From: Hyphomicrobiales bacterium
Lineage (GTDB): Bacteria; Pseudomonadota; Alphaproteobacteria; Rhizobiales; Segnochrobactraceae
NCBI GenBank assembly: GCA_038242345.1
Contig: JBBSSF010000001.1
Span: forward strand, 1 to 39,639
Length of the DNA stretch: 39,639 bases
Direction: 5' to 3'
The position numbers and the translations under genes are program-made. This document shows positions 27,966 to 36,799 of the stretch, piece by piece. The first letter of the stretch is position 1. Each line of letters starts with the position of its first letter. The notes under the pieces were generated by a model that did not search any database, was not told the origin of the DNA, and was given only the letters and a program-made list of their open reading frames with translations.

Positions 27966-29357
27966 ATGAGCCGCCAGACCCGTCACCGGAGCCGGCACAG
28001 CCCCCGGCTTCACACCCCGGCCGAGCGTCTGGCGGCGATCCGGAACGGGCTCGATCCCTGGGTCCTGTCGGTGGCGGTCCTGCTGGTCTCGGCGCTGATC
28101 TTCGCCGGTCTCGTCACCCGGCTGCTGGCGGTGCCGGTCCTCGCCGTGGCGCTGTGGAAACTCCTCCGCTCCCCCCTGCCCGGCTCCGTCCGGCTCGCCC
28201 TCGTCCTTCTCGCGCTGATTGTGGCCCTTCCCCTTCTCCAGCTCGTGCCGCTGCCGCCGGAGCTGTGGACGCGGCTGCCGGGACGGGAATTCGTCGTGGC
28301 CGCCCTGGACGGCCTCGGGCAGCCCCTGCCGTGGATGCCGCTCAGCCTGTCACCGCCGGCGACCACCGAGTCCGCGACGCTGCTGCTGCCGGCGCTTGCC
28401 GTCTTCTGCAGCTTCCTGACCCTGGAGGCGCGCCAGCAGAAGCAGATTCTGGTCGTCTTCATCGTCCTGACCCAGCTTTATGTTCTGGTCGGCATCTATC
28501 AGGCCCGCACGGGTCCGTCTTCCGGCTTCATGCTGAACAAGAACCATTTCGCGGCCCTGCTCTATAGTGCGGTCCCGATCGTGCTGGCGCTCGGCTTTGG
28601 CGAACAGGGAGGGCGTTCACAGAGCCGGATGATGAAGATCGGTCTTTCCGTGCTTTGCCTTTTCCTGCTTGTCGCGGGCGTTTTCCTGTCGCAGTCGCGG
28701 GCCGGAATGGTGCTGGTGGTGGCCGCCTTCCTGGCCGCGCTCCTGCTGCTGACGCTGCTGTCCCGCTCCGCCGGCGGCCGGATGGAGCGTCTCCGGGTGC
28801 CGGCGGCGTTCGGGCTCCTGGTCATCTTCGCGATCGGCAGTCTCTGGGCCCTGTCCGTCAATCAGTCCGGCCTTGCCCGGTTCAGCATGGATCCCCTCGA
28901 CGATCTGCGGGTGCAGATTTTCCGCGATGGTCTGAATGCGGCCCGGGCGGCTTTCCCGGTTGGCTCCGGGTTCGGGACATTTGAATATTTCTTCAATCTG
29001 CACAGAAGTCTGGAGCTGGAGCAGATCGTGCGGCTCAATTATGCGCACAATGACTTTCTTCAGCTGATGATCGAAGGCGGGCTGCCGGCCTTCGTCCTGC
29101 TCGCGCTGTTCGTGCTCTGGTGCCTGGGCCGGGCGGTCCTGACGATCCGGTCCGGCTCGCGCTCCCGGGCGCAGCTGGCCATTGCCGCCCTGGTTGCAAT
29201 CCTGGCGCTTCTGGGACAGGCGGGCCTCGAATATCACCTGCGCAGCACCCCGGTCCTGGTCGCGTTCGCCCTCTATTGCGGGCTGCTCCTGCCGCCCCGG
29301 CCCCGGGAGGCGGGTGCGGCCGGGACCTGGACCGCGCCCGGGTCGGGACCGGCCTGA
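27966..29357 (+). CDS. O-antigen ligase / O-oligosaccharyltransferase-like membrane protein (Wzy_C superfamily)
   Basis: Multiple TMs; LQLVPLPP, NKNHFA, SQSRAG, GSGFGTF, YAHNDFLQLMIEGG and EYHLR motifs; GAGGA RBS. Confidence 0.85.
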   Translation: MSRQTRHRSRHSPRLHTPAERLAAIRNGLDPWVLSVAVLLVSALIFAGLVTRLLAVPVLAVALWKLLRSPLPGSVRLALVLLALIVALPLLQLVPLPPELWTRLPGREFVVAALDGLGQPLPWMPLSLSPPATTESATLLLPALAVFCSFLTLEARQQKQILVVFIVLTQLYVLVGIYQARTGPSSGFMLNKNHFAALLYSAVPIVLALGFGEQGGRSQSRMMKIGLSVLCLFLLVAGVFLSQSRAGMVLVVAAFLAALLLLTLLSRSAGGRMERLRVPAAFGLLVIFAIGSLWALSVNQSGLARFSMDPLDDLRVQIFRDGLNAARAAFPVGSGFGTFEYFFNLHRSLELEQIVRLNYAHNDFLQLMIEGGLPAFVLLALFVLWCLGRAVLTIRSGSRSRAQLAIAALVAILALLGQAGLEYHLRSTPVLVAFALYCGLLLPPRPREAGAAGTWTAPGSGPA

Positions 29358-29731
29358 AGGCTCCCCGGCCTCTTTTCCCCGGCCCGCAGGACAGGCCGCA
29401 CCTCCGCCAGCCTCTGGAATGCCTCGCCATGGCCCTCAGGGGCTCAAGGGTGCGGATTTCTGCGTTTCCCGAGGGTGAGGTGCGGAGAGGGGTTAAATCT
29501 CCTGTGCGGGCATTTCTGTGGATTTTCGCCGGATGCCGTTCCGGGTGCCGGACAGGCGCTCCCCGCTGTTCCGCACGCCAGGCGGATCCGCACGGGACAG
29601 CGGAGCCCTTCTGGCGGGGTCCTTCCCGTCCGGACGGCGGATTGCCGGGGGCCGCGCGGCCTGTGGAAAACTCCCTTTTCGGAGCCCCTTTTGCCGGCCG
29701 CGGACCAGCCGGAAAAAGCGCGGAAAACCGG

Positions 29732-29820
29732 GTTAAGAAGTTAAAATAGAATCTGTTAAGAAGTTAAGCCCCATTTTCGTCCGAAATTTCCCTTTTTTAA
29801 CAAAGGCTTATAAAAACAGG
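29732..29820. promoter_or_regulatory. AT-rich unwinding region of oriV with two GTTAAGAAGTTAA 13-mers
   Basis: 13-mers at 29732-29744 and 29755-29767 in an AT-rich tract directly before the iterons. Confidence 0.75.
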
Positions 29821-29822
29821 GC

Positions 29823-30035
29823 GTTCCTAATATCCCGACACTTTGTTCCTAATGTCCCGACACCTGCGTTCCTAATGTCCCGACACTTTGTTCCTAATGT
29901 CCCGACACCCCGTTCCTGAAATCCCGAGTGTCGGCCCGACTTATCCACAGGCTGGCCGGGCCTGTGGATAAGTGTTCCTGATATCCCGACGCCAGGGGGG
30001 GGTGGAGGGCGGGAGCGTTCCTGAAATCCCGAGCC
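29823..30035 (+). repeat. Iterons of the plasmid origin (consensus GTTCCTAATGTCCCGACAC)
   Basis: Copies at 29823, 29845, 29868, 29890 and 29912 (22-23 bp period), plus 29974 and 30017; adjacent to repA. Confidence 0.93.
29941..29971. promoter_or_regulatory. Inverted pair of perfect DnaA boxes
   Basis: TTATCCACA at 29941-29949 and TGTGGATAA at 29963-29971. Confidence 0.92.
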
Positions 30036-30130
30036 TGTGGCCGGAAGTTACCATCCTGACGGGAAATCACTTGCAGAAAGCACGGCCGGCGGGATGCGCG
30101 GTTGTCGTCCGCCCCGTCTGCAGGGCCCAG

Positions 30131-30150
30131 CGTCGGGACATTAGGAACGC
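30131..30150 (-). repeat. Inverted iteron overlapping the repA stop codon
   Basis: Reverse complement reads GCGTTCCTAATGTCCCGACG; its TAA is the repA stop. Confidence 0.88.
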
Positions 30151-31283
30151 CCGGACCGGCGTCCGCCCCTGGCGGGGGGCGGACTGGCCGCCTGGACGAA
30201 GCTGAGGAAGGCGGCCTCGTAGTCGCGCGGCTGGCGGGCCGGATCCTCGGCGATCCAGCGGTCGAAGTCGGCCTTGGCGGCGTAGATGTCGCGGCCGGGA
30301 AAGTCCGCCCGGAAGCGGTCGCGGAAGGGCTCCGACAGCGGCCCGGAGAACAGCGGCAGGGCGTCGGGGGCGGGCGCCGTCTTGCGCCGCCGTCTCGGGG
30401 CGGCCGGGGCCGCCGCAGCCGGTTCGGGCACGGGCTCGGCGTCCGGCGGCGGCCCCCGGCGCGACATCCGCAGGGACGGTTCGCCGTCGCCCTTCTGCTC
30501 GATGCGCAGCATGTAGGACGGCAGGGCATCTTCCCGGGCGATCTTCAGCATCTCGAACTTGAAGCGCCGGTAGCTGCCTTCCGCCCCGGATTTCTCGAAC
30601 AGGGTCGGCAGCGGGATGGCGAACCCGTCCTCCCCTGCCCCGCCGGCATGCTTGCGCGCCACCCGGTAGAGCCAGCGTTCCCGCCCGCCCTTGATGGCGA
30701 AATATTCCGGCGTGATCGCCAGCACGCCGCCATCGGCCAGCACCCCTTCATAGAACCAGTCCGACAGGGTGAAGGTCATGCCGAGGCTCTGCTCGCCGCT
30801 CTCGTCGGTGAGGTCCGACAGGCCCTCGATCCAGCTGAACTGGCGGTGCTTCTTCTTGCCCCGGTCGGCGCGGATGTTGGTCTCGATGGCGGTCGCCTGC
30901 AGGCGGCTGAGGGCGTCCTTCAGGAGCTTGTATTCCCGCCCGCCCGTGTCCCGGTTGATCGTCTTCAGGAGGTCATAGGGCTGGAAATTGAGCGTGCGCG
31001 GAATTTCGTTGCAGCCGCGCTTCTTCATGTCGCACAGGACAGAGGCCGACCAGATGAGGATATCCGCATCCCAGATCGTCGCCATTCCATATTCCGGATT
31101 GGCCGTGATCTTGACGAAGACCTCGCCATCCGGGCTCCTGTAGTGGATCGGCTTGATCCGCTTCTTCTTCGACAGGCTGAAGAAGGGCCGTTCCATGGTC
31201 TCGCGCTGGTCGCGCAGCGGCATGTCCGCGGCAAAGGGCACGAACAGGTCGAACTGGCGATCGAAATCGCGGCTGCGGCTCAT
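30141..31283 (-). CDS. repA: Plasmid replication initiator protein A (RPA family)
   Basis: RDQRETMERPFFSLSK, GMATIWDADILIW, LSRLQATAIETNIR and ERWLYRVARKHAG motifs typical of alphaproteobacterial RepA; next to iterons. Confidence 0.92.
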   Translation of the reverse strand: MSRSRDFDRQFDLFVPFAADMPLRDQRETMERPFFSLSKKKRIKPIHYRSPDGEVFVKITANPEYGMATIWDADILIWSASVLCDMKKRGCNEIPRTLNFQPYDLLKTINRDTGGREYKLLKDALSRLQATAIETNIRADRGKKKHRQFSWIEGLSDLTDESGEQSLGMTFTLSDWFYEGVLADGGVLAITPEYFAIKGGRERWLYRVARKHAGGAGEDGFAIPLPTLFEKSGAEGSYRRFKFEMLKIAREDALPSYMLRIEQKGDGEPSLRMSRRGPPPDAEPVPEPAAAAPAAPRRRRKTAPAPDALPLFSGPLSEPFRDRFRADFPGRDIYAAKADFDRWIAEDPARQPRDYEAAFLSFVQAASPPPARGGRRSGRS

Positions 31284-31349
31284 GTGCATGAACTCCGCAT
31301 GTGCATGAACACGTGATGTGTATGAACGCATGAACTCATACACATATGA
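31281..31349. promoter_or_regulatory. Centromere/operator-like GTG(C/T)ATGAA repeats upstream of repA
   Basis: Several direct and inverted copies (ATGTGCATGAAC x2, ATGTGTATGAAC, CATACACAT); the same motif occurs at 31891-31922 and 32541-32597. Confidence 0.7.
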
Positions 31350-31471
31350 GACCGGGCGCACGCCGCGCTGACCGCGCCGCACGCCTGGAGGGAAGCGGAT
31401 TTCTCATATTCTACAAGGACATGAGAATCCGCATCGTTCTCTCGAAGAGTCCGCTTCAAGGATCTTCGGCA
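31350..31471 (+). mobile_element. 124-bp element (122 bp diverged copy) inside the replication/partition module
   Basis: GACCGGGCGCACG...GATCTTCGGCA with TGA on both sides (31347-31349, 31472-31474). Confidence 0.85.
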
Positions 31472-31487
31472 TGAGCTCCGGCACGGG

Positions 31488-31868
31488 TCATGGCGTCTCC
31501 CGGCCGATGAGGCTGGCCATCGTCGCCCGGCCCTTCTTGGCCAGGAGCAGGTCGATGGCTTCCTCAAGCAGCGCCTGGATGGTGGTGTCGTCCTCGGCCG
31601 CGATCATGCGCAGCTGCCGGGCGATCTCGGGATGGAAATGGGCGCCGACGAAGCGGCGGCCGTCCCGGACCGGACGGTAGACCGGCGTGGCGGCGGGGTC
31701 CGCTTCGGCCTCGGGCGCGGCGCCTGCCCCCGGGGCCCCGGCCGGCGCCGGATCGCGGGCCCGGGCCGGCTTCTCCGCCTTGGCGCGCGGCCGGGCGGCC
31801 GGCGTCACCGGCTCGGCGACCGCCTGCCGGGCGGCCCTATCGAGTACGGCCTGCAGCGCGTTTGCCAT
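31488..31868 (-). CDS. Ribbon-helix-helix protein, probable type Ib partition centromere-binding protein (ParG-like)
   Basis: Disordered Ala/Pro N-terminus, then RRFVGAHFHPEIARQLRMIAAEDDTTIQALLEEAIDLLL; directly downstream of parA. Confidence 0.8.
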   Translation of the reverse strand: MANALQAVLDRAARQAVAEPVTPAARPRAKAEKPARARDPAPAGAPGAGAAPEAEADPAATPVYRPVRDGRRFVGAHFHPEIARQLRMIAAEDDTTIQALLEEAIDLLLAKKGRATMASLIGRETP

Positions 31869-32520
31869 GCCCGTCGCTCCCCTGTTCATCGGTGTATAAG
31901 TTCATACACATATAAGTGTATAGATCCCTAATCTCCTGGGCCGCCTTGCCGTCCGGCTCGATCTCCTGGGCAGCGCCGCCCGACTGCTGGGCGCGGGAAT
32001 AGGCGATGCGGTTGCCGATGCGCACCGGGCACAGGGTCGCCTCGAGGGCCGCGATCGCCTGGACGGTGTCCTCCACCTCCCGGCCCTGGGGCGGGCAGAA
32101 GGTCAGGACGATGCCATAGGGGCGCTGGTAGTGCTGCACCAGCTCCAGGGTCCGCGTCATGGCCATGGCGTCCAGCACCGCCGGCCGGGTCGGGATCAGG
32201 ACGAAGTCGGCGCGCTGGGCCGCCTCGTAGGCGATGTCCTTGGAGAAGGGCGGCGTGTCGATGATGGCGAGATCGCAGCCGGCCCCGTCGGCGGCGGCCA
32301 GCACATGGGACAGCCGCGAGGCCGGGACCGCGGTGATGGCGAGGCTGTCCTCGGGCCGGGACGCCTGGCGGGTGTCCTTCCAGAAACTGGCGCTGGCCTG
32401 GGGGTCGAGGTCGAAGAGGACGGTGCTGCGACCGTGACGGGTCGCCTCGACGGCCAGGGCGGTCGCCAGCGTCGTCTTGCCGACGCCCCCTTTCTGGGAC
32501 ACGACAGCGAGTGTTTTCAT
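31837..32520 (-). CDS. parA: ParA-family partition ATPase (short, type Ib)
   Basis: Deviant Walker A QKGGVGKTT, DLDPQAS and IIDTPP; no N-terminal HTH. Confidence 0.93.
   Translation of the reverse strand: MKTLAVVSQKGGVGKTTLATALAVEATRHGRSTVLFDLDPQASASFWKDTRQASRPEDSLAITAVPASRLSHVLAAADGAGCDLAIIDTPPFSKDIAYEAAQRADFVLIPTRPAVLDAMAMTRTLELVQHYQRPYGIVLTFCPPQGREVEDTVQAIAALEATLCPVRIGNRIAYSRAQQSGGAAQEIEPDGKAAQEIRDLYTYMCMNLYTDEQGSDGHGKRAAGRTR
31891..31922. promoter_or_regulatory. Centromere-like repeats within the 3' end of parA
   Basis: GTGTATAAGTTCATACACATATAAGTGTATA: an AT-rich patch with the same motif in GC-rich surroundings. Confidence 0.6.
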
Positions 32521-32540
32521 GGAAGAATCCGCGTTCAGAC

Positions 32541-32597
32541 GTTCATACACTTATACACTCATACGCGTATGGGTGCATGCGTCCATATGTGCATGAA
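32541..32597. promoter_or_regulatory. Centromere/operator-like repeats in the parA promoter
   Basis: TTCATACAC, TTATACAC, TCATACGC, GTGCATG and ATGTGCATGAA clustered just upstream of the parA ATG. Confidence 0.7.
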
Positions 32598-32862
32598 AGG
32601 ATGAACGGACCGCAAAGACCGGCAGGCCTTTGACCGGACGGGACAAATTTTCCGCCCCGGAGGCGGCACGGGCCGGGCGCCGGTCGGGAGACACCCGGCA
32701 GCCCCTCCGGGGGCGCTCGCGCGGACGGGTGCCGGGGCAGGGGAGGGCTGCCAGCCGGGCCTGCCCCAGTGGCAGGGTCCGGACGGCCCGGAGGGGCCTG
32801 CCATTGACGTCCGGACCAGCTTTCTGGCAGCCTCCGCCACAGGATCAAGGGAGCTGTGGCAG

Positions 32863-33453
32863 ATGATCGTCGGCTATGCCCGCACCAGCACCGCGGACCA
32901 GACCGCCGGGCTGGAGGCCCAGATCACCGAGCTCGGGGCGCAGGGCTGCGAGCGGGTCTTTTCCGAGCATGGTTCGGGCCGGGACGCCGAGCGGCCGCAG
33001 TTCCGGGCGGCTCTCGATTTCCTGCGGGCCGGGGACGTGTTCGTCGTCACCCGTCCCGACCGGATGGCGCGCTCGGCGCCGGACCTGCTCCTGACGGTGC
33101 GCGGGCTGGAGGCCCGCGGCGTGGCCGTGCGCCTCCTCAGCCTCGGCATGGACACGGCCACCCCGACCGGCCGGCTGATGCTGACGGTTCTGGCCGGCAT
33201 GGCCGAGTTCGAGCGCGACCTGATGCTGGAGCGCCAGCGCGCCGGCATCGCCCGGGCGAAGGCGGCGGGCAACTATAAGGGCCGCGCCCCGGTCGCCCGC
33301 GACAGGGCGGCCGAGATTGCCCGGCTGCGCGCCGAGGGTCTGCCGGCCCGGGCGATCGCCGCCGCCCTCGGCATCGGCGTGCGCTCCGTCTACCGCCACG
33401 CCCCGGGCAGCCGCAGCGCGGTCCGCCCGCCGGTGAAAGACGCCGGGGAATAA
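32863..33453 (+). CDS. Serine recombinase (resolvase/invertase family) with C-terminal HTH
   Basis: IVGYARTSTADQ catalytic Ser motif, RPDRMARS, AEFERDLMLERQRAG and ARAIAAALGIGVRSVYR. Confidence 0.95.
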   Translation: MIVGYARTSTADQTAGLEAQITELGAQGCERVFSEHGSGRDAERPQFRAALDFLRAGDVFVVTRPDRMARSAPDLLLTVRGLEARGVAVRLLSLGMDTATPTGRLMLTVLAGMAEFERDLMLERQRAGIARAKAAGNYKGRAPVARDRAAEIARLRAEGLPARAIAAALGIGVRSVYRHAPGSRSAVRPPVKDAGE

Positions 33454-33518
33454 GGCGGACCGCTCCGCCTGCGCCGGAACGGCCGCGGCAGGGGAGGGGG
33501 GAAGGGGAGAGCGAGGGG

Positions 33519-35060
33519 TCAGCCTCCGGCCCGGGCGTGCTGGTCGACACAGCGCAGCGCCAGCAGCAGCAGCATCATGGTCGGATTGGCGCCCCCGCCC
33601 GTCGGCAGCACCGAGGTGGAAAGGAGCTGGATGCGCGGGAAGGCGAAGAGTTTCAGGTCCCGGTCGACCACCCCGGAGCCGGGCCCGGCCCCCATCCGGG
33701 TGGAGCCGGTCGGATGATAGATGCCGCCGGACTGGAGCAGCCGCGTGCGCACGTCGTCCCGCGGCAGGCTCTCCCAGCGGCCATAGCGGGCGAAGTCCGT
33801 GCTGGTCCAGGTCCGTTCGAACAGCTCCGTGGCGCCGGCGATGTGGGCGAGGTCGTCCGCCCCGATGCGCCAGCGGATTTCCGCCCGGGGGATGCCGAAG
33901 GCGTCGGCTTCGGTGTCGCTCAGGGTGATGCGGTTGTCGGCGTCGGGCACCTGCTCGACCACCATGTGCACCCGCAGCCGGCTATGGGCGGGAAACAGCA
34001 GCCGCTTCTGCACGAAGCGCCACCAGACAGCCCGGGCCAGCCACGGGGTGTTGCGCACCAGATCGGCCAGGATGCCGACGGGGGGCACCCGCCGCATCTG
34101 CAACCAGCGGAAGAGTTCGCGCAGGGCATCGAACCCGCCCGGCCGGTCGACGGCAAAGCCCACATGGGCAAAGACCGGCGGCAGGCTGTCCCGGGCCGCG
34201 GCCGCGGGGGCGAACTCGAAGCGGATATTGCGCATGCCGCCGCCGGGCGTGAAGCGGAAGCCGATGATGCGGTTGAGATCCCGGGTCCGCAGCGGCGTGA
34301 TCTCGGCGACCTCGGTGGAGAGATGGTCGCAGAAATGCCGGCCGAGATCCGGGCCGAGACGGCTGATGGCGCCGTCATGGGCGCGGTCGAGGAGGAGGGC
34401 GAGCCGGGTGGTCTCGATCGCCCCGGCGGCAATGATGAGCCGGCCGGCCGCGACCCGGATCCGGTCCCCGGCCGGCGAGCGGGCCTCCACCTGGACGCCG
34501 TCCGCGCCGGCGCGGATCCCGGTCACCGTGGCATCGAGCCAAAGCGACAGGCCGGGCAGCGCCCGCGCCCGCTCCCCCACCAGGTTGACGACATTGCGCC
34601 GGCCGAAGGCCGGCCATTTGGCCAGCCGGTTGACATGGGTCGGGCCGAGATCGAAGGGAAAGGCCGGGTCGGCATAGGGCCCGGGCTCCAGCCCGAACAG
34701 GGCCTCCACCTCGCCAAGATGGGGGGCGAGATCGTCCGGGCCGACGGGCCAGCCGGCACGGACGAGGTCGGCCGGCTGGAACGGGATCAGCGCGCCGCCC
34801 CAGCGGGTGGAGGTGCCGCCGAGACAGCGGAAGCGGCCGAGCTCGGCGCCCTGATAGACCGTCTCGCCCCGCTGCACGACCGCATTGAGGGGATGGGTGT
34901 CGGCATCCTGATGCAGGCCGCCGGATTCAAGGCAGATCACCCGCCGGCCGGTGCGCTCGGCCAGCAGCACGCTGGCCGGCAGCCCCGCCGTTCCCGCGCC
35001 GATGACAAGGAAATCGGCGCTCTCCTCCAGGTCGCCCCGGCCGGTGAGGCTGGCGATCAC
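33519..35060 (-). CDS. GMC-family FAD-dependent oxidoreductase
   Basis: VIGAGTAG FAD motif, LGGTSTRWGG, AAGAIET, HPTGSTRMG and ANPT; GTG start overlaps the AKR stop. Confidence 0.9.
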   Translation of the reverse strand: MIASLTGRGDLEESADFLVIGAGTAGLPASVLLAERTGRRVICLESGGLHQDADTHPLNAVVQRGETVYQGAELGRFRCLGGTSTRWGGALIPFQPADLVRAGWPVGPDDLAPHLGEVEALFGLEPGPYADPAFPFDLGPTHVNRLAKWPAFGRRNVVNLVGERARALPGLSLWLDATVTGIRAGADGVQVEARSPAGDRIRVAAGRLIIAAGAIETTRLALLLDRAHDGAISRLGPDLGRHFCDHLSTEVAEITPLRTRDLNRIIGFRFTPGGGMRNIRFEFAPAAAARDSLPPVFAHVGFAVDRPGGFDALRELFRWLQMRRVPPVGILADLVRNTPWLARAVWWRFVQKRLLFPAHSRLRVHMVVEQVPDADNRITLSDTEADAFGIPRAEIRWRIGADDLAHIAGATELFERTWTSTDFARYGRWESLPRDDVRTRLLQSGGIYHPTGSTRMGAGPGSGVVDRDLKLFAFPRIQLLSTSVLPTGGGANPTMMLLLLALRCVDQHARAGG

Positions 35061-35866
35061 GGCGACACCTCGTCGGCGATCCGGCCATACTGGGCGAGCC
35101 GGGAAATCTTCGTGGAGCTGACGATGACCGCCCCGGCCGGATTGCGCCGCAGCGCCTGGGCCAGGATGTCGGGCACCGACACCGGCTCCGGACCCGCCAT
35201 CGCCGCCGAGACATAGCCATAGGTGATCTGCAGCGGCCGGCCATGGCGGGGGAGAAGATCGGCTTCCCGCGCCTTCAGGCTGTCGCAGATCTGGATCACC
35301 GCGCCGAGATCGGCCCCGGCGTCGAAGAAGGGTGCCAGCCGGTCGGCGGTGAGGGCCAGGCCGAACTGGCGCACCGTCCCGGCCTGCACCCGGTCCTCCA
35401 GCCAGCGGCGCCAGTCGTCGGTCGCCACCAGCGGCAGCTCCGGCTCGTGCAGCATGTAGAGGTCGACGGTCTGCCGGCCGGTGCGCCGGAGGCTGCCTTC
35501 CAGGGCCTGACGGGCGCGGGCGAGGGAGAAGTCGATCTCGGGCCGCGACACCGGCCGGATGAAGCGGCCGGCGGCCTTGCGCAGGAACACCGCCGCATCG
35601 CTCTGGTTTTCGCCGCCGGGCGAATAGATTCCGACCTTGGTGGTGAAGGTCACCTCGGGATGGGCCTTCAGGACCGGAGCCAGATCCCGTTCGGCCAGCC
35701 CGAAGCCATAATAGGGCGCCGTGTCGAAATGGCTGAAGCCGGCCTCCACGGCCGCTTCCAGCAGTGCCCGCCGCTTGCCCGGCCCGCCGACATTGAACAG
35801 GCTCGCCGTGCCGAAGATGAATCTCGAAAGGCGGAGATCGGTATTTTCAAGTATCGAATATTTCAT
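35057..35866 (-). CDS. Aldo/keto reductase
   Basis: FDTAPYYGFGLAE, TTKVG and SLRRTGRQTVDLYMLHEP motifs. Confidence 0.9.
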   Translation of the reverse strand: MKYSILENTDLRLSRFIFGTASLFNVGGPGKRRALLEAAVEAGFSHFDTAPYYGFGLAERDLAPVLKAHPEVTFTTKVGIYSPGGENQSDAAVFLRKAAGRFIRPVSRPEIDFSLARARQALEGSLRRTGRQTVDLYMLHEPELPLVATDDWRRWLEDRVQAGTVRQFGLALTADRLAPFFDAGADLGAVIQICDSLKAREADLLPRHGRPLQITYGYVSAAMAGPEPVSVPDILAQALRRNPAGAVIVSSTKISRLAQYGRIADEVSP

Positions 35867-36012
35867 GAGATCAGGTATTTCTTGATCTGACTGGAAAAAG
35901 GCATTTGCATGAACGCCTTATTTCTAGCATCGGGGTCGCCGCCTGTCGACCGACCCGGCCGGCGGGCCGCCATCCCCCCCGGGAGCCATCCCGGCCTCTA
36001 TAGGGAGGGTTG

Positions 36013-36049
36013 ATAGAGAAAACCTATCAATTCAAGAAATCTTATCTAT
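36013..36049 (+). promoter_or_regulatory. OxyR binding site upstream of ahpC
   Basis: ATAG-N7-CTAT-N7-agaa-N7-CTAT; three of four tetrads of the OxyR consensus at exact spacing. Confidence 0.82.
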
Positions 36050-36132
36050 TTCCCTTATGCCGGCCACGGGCTTATGGTGCCTCGCGTTGGCTTTCGGGCC
36101 TGTCGCATTCCCAACCGATCCAAGGATCTCAC

Positions 36133-36696
36133 ATGTCTCTCGTGAATACCAAGATCAAGCCGTTCAAGACCCAGGCGTTCAAGGATGGCAAGTTCATCGA
36201 GGTGACCGAGGCCAGCGTCGCCGGCAAGTGGGCCGTGTTCTTCTTCTATCCGGCCGACTTCACCTTCGTTTGCCCGACCGAGCTCGGCGACGTGGCCGAT
36301 CACTATGCCGAGTTCCAGAAGCTCGGCGTCGAGATCTACTCGGTGTCGACCGACACCCACTTCACCCACAAGGCGTGGCACGACGCCTCCGAGACCATCG
36401 CCAAGATCAAGTACACGATGCTCGGCGATCCGAACCATGAGATCTCGACGAACTTCGAGGTCCTGCGTCCGGGCCAGGGCCTGGCCGACCGCGGCACCTT
36501 CATCGTCGATCCCGATGGCGTGATCCAGGCCGTGGAAGTCACCGCCGAGGGCATCGGCCGCGACGCCGCCGACCTGCTGCGCAAGGTCAAGGCCGCCCAG
36601 TATGTCGCCAGCCATCCGGGCGAGGTCTGCCCGGCCAAGTGGCAGGAAGGCGCCAAGACCCTCGCGCCGTCCCTCGACCTCGTCGGCAAGATCTGA
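36133..36696 (+). CDS. ahpC: Alkyl hydroperoxide reductase subunit C (2-Cys peroxiredoxin)
   Basis: [13 protein letters not shown] and GEVCPAKW motifs; C-terminal SLDLVGKI. Confidence 0.97.
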   Translation: MSLVNTKIKPFKTQAFKDGKFIEVTEASVAGKWAVFFFYPADFTFVCPTELGDVADHYAEFQKLGVEIYSVSTDTHFTHKAWHDASETIAKIKYTMLGDPNHEISTNFEVLRPGQGLADRGTFIVDPDGVIQAVEVTAEGIGRDAADLLRKVKAAQYVASHPGEVCPAKWQEGAKTLAPSLDLVGKI

Positions 36697-36799
36697 GGTC
36701 TGACCGATCCGGCCGGACCGCCCTCCCCGGTTCCGGGGGCCGGCGGTCCGGTCTGCCGGCGGGACGCGCTTCCTCCTCCCCATCCATCGGAGACTTCCC

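Noticed and set aside
32863-33453. Resolvase as part of a Tn3-family transposon or as the mobiliser of the 124-bp element
   Set aside because: No TnpA or 38-bp inverted repeats are present. Small serine resolvases do not make 3-bp target duplications, and its position beside parA fits multimer resolution.
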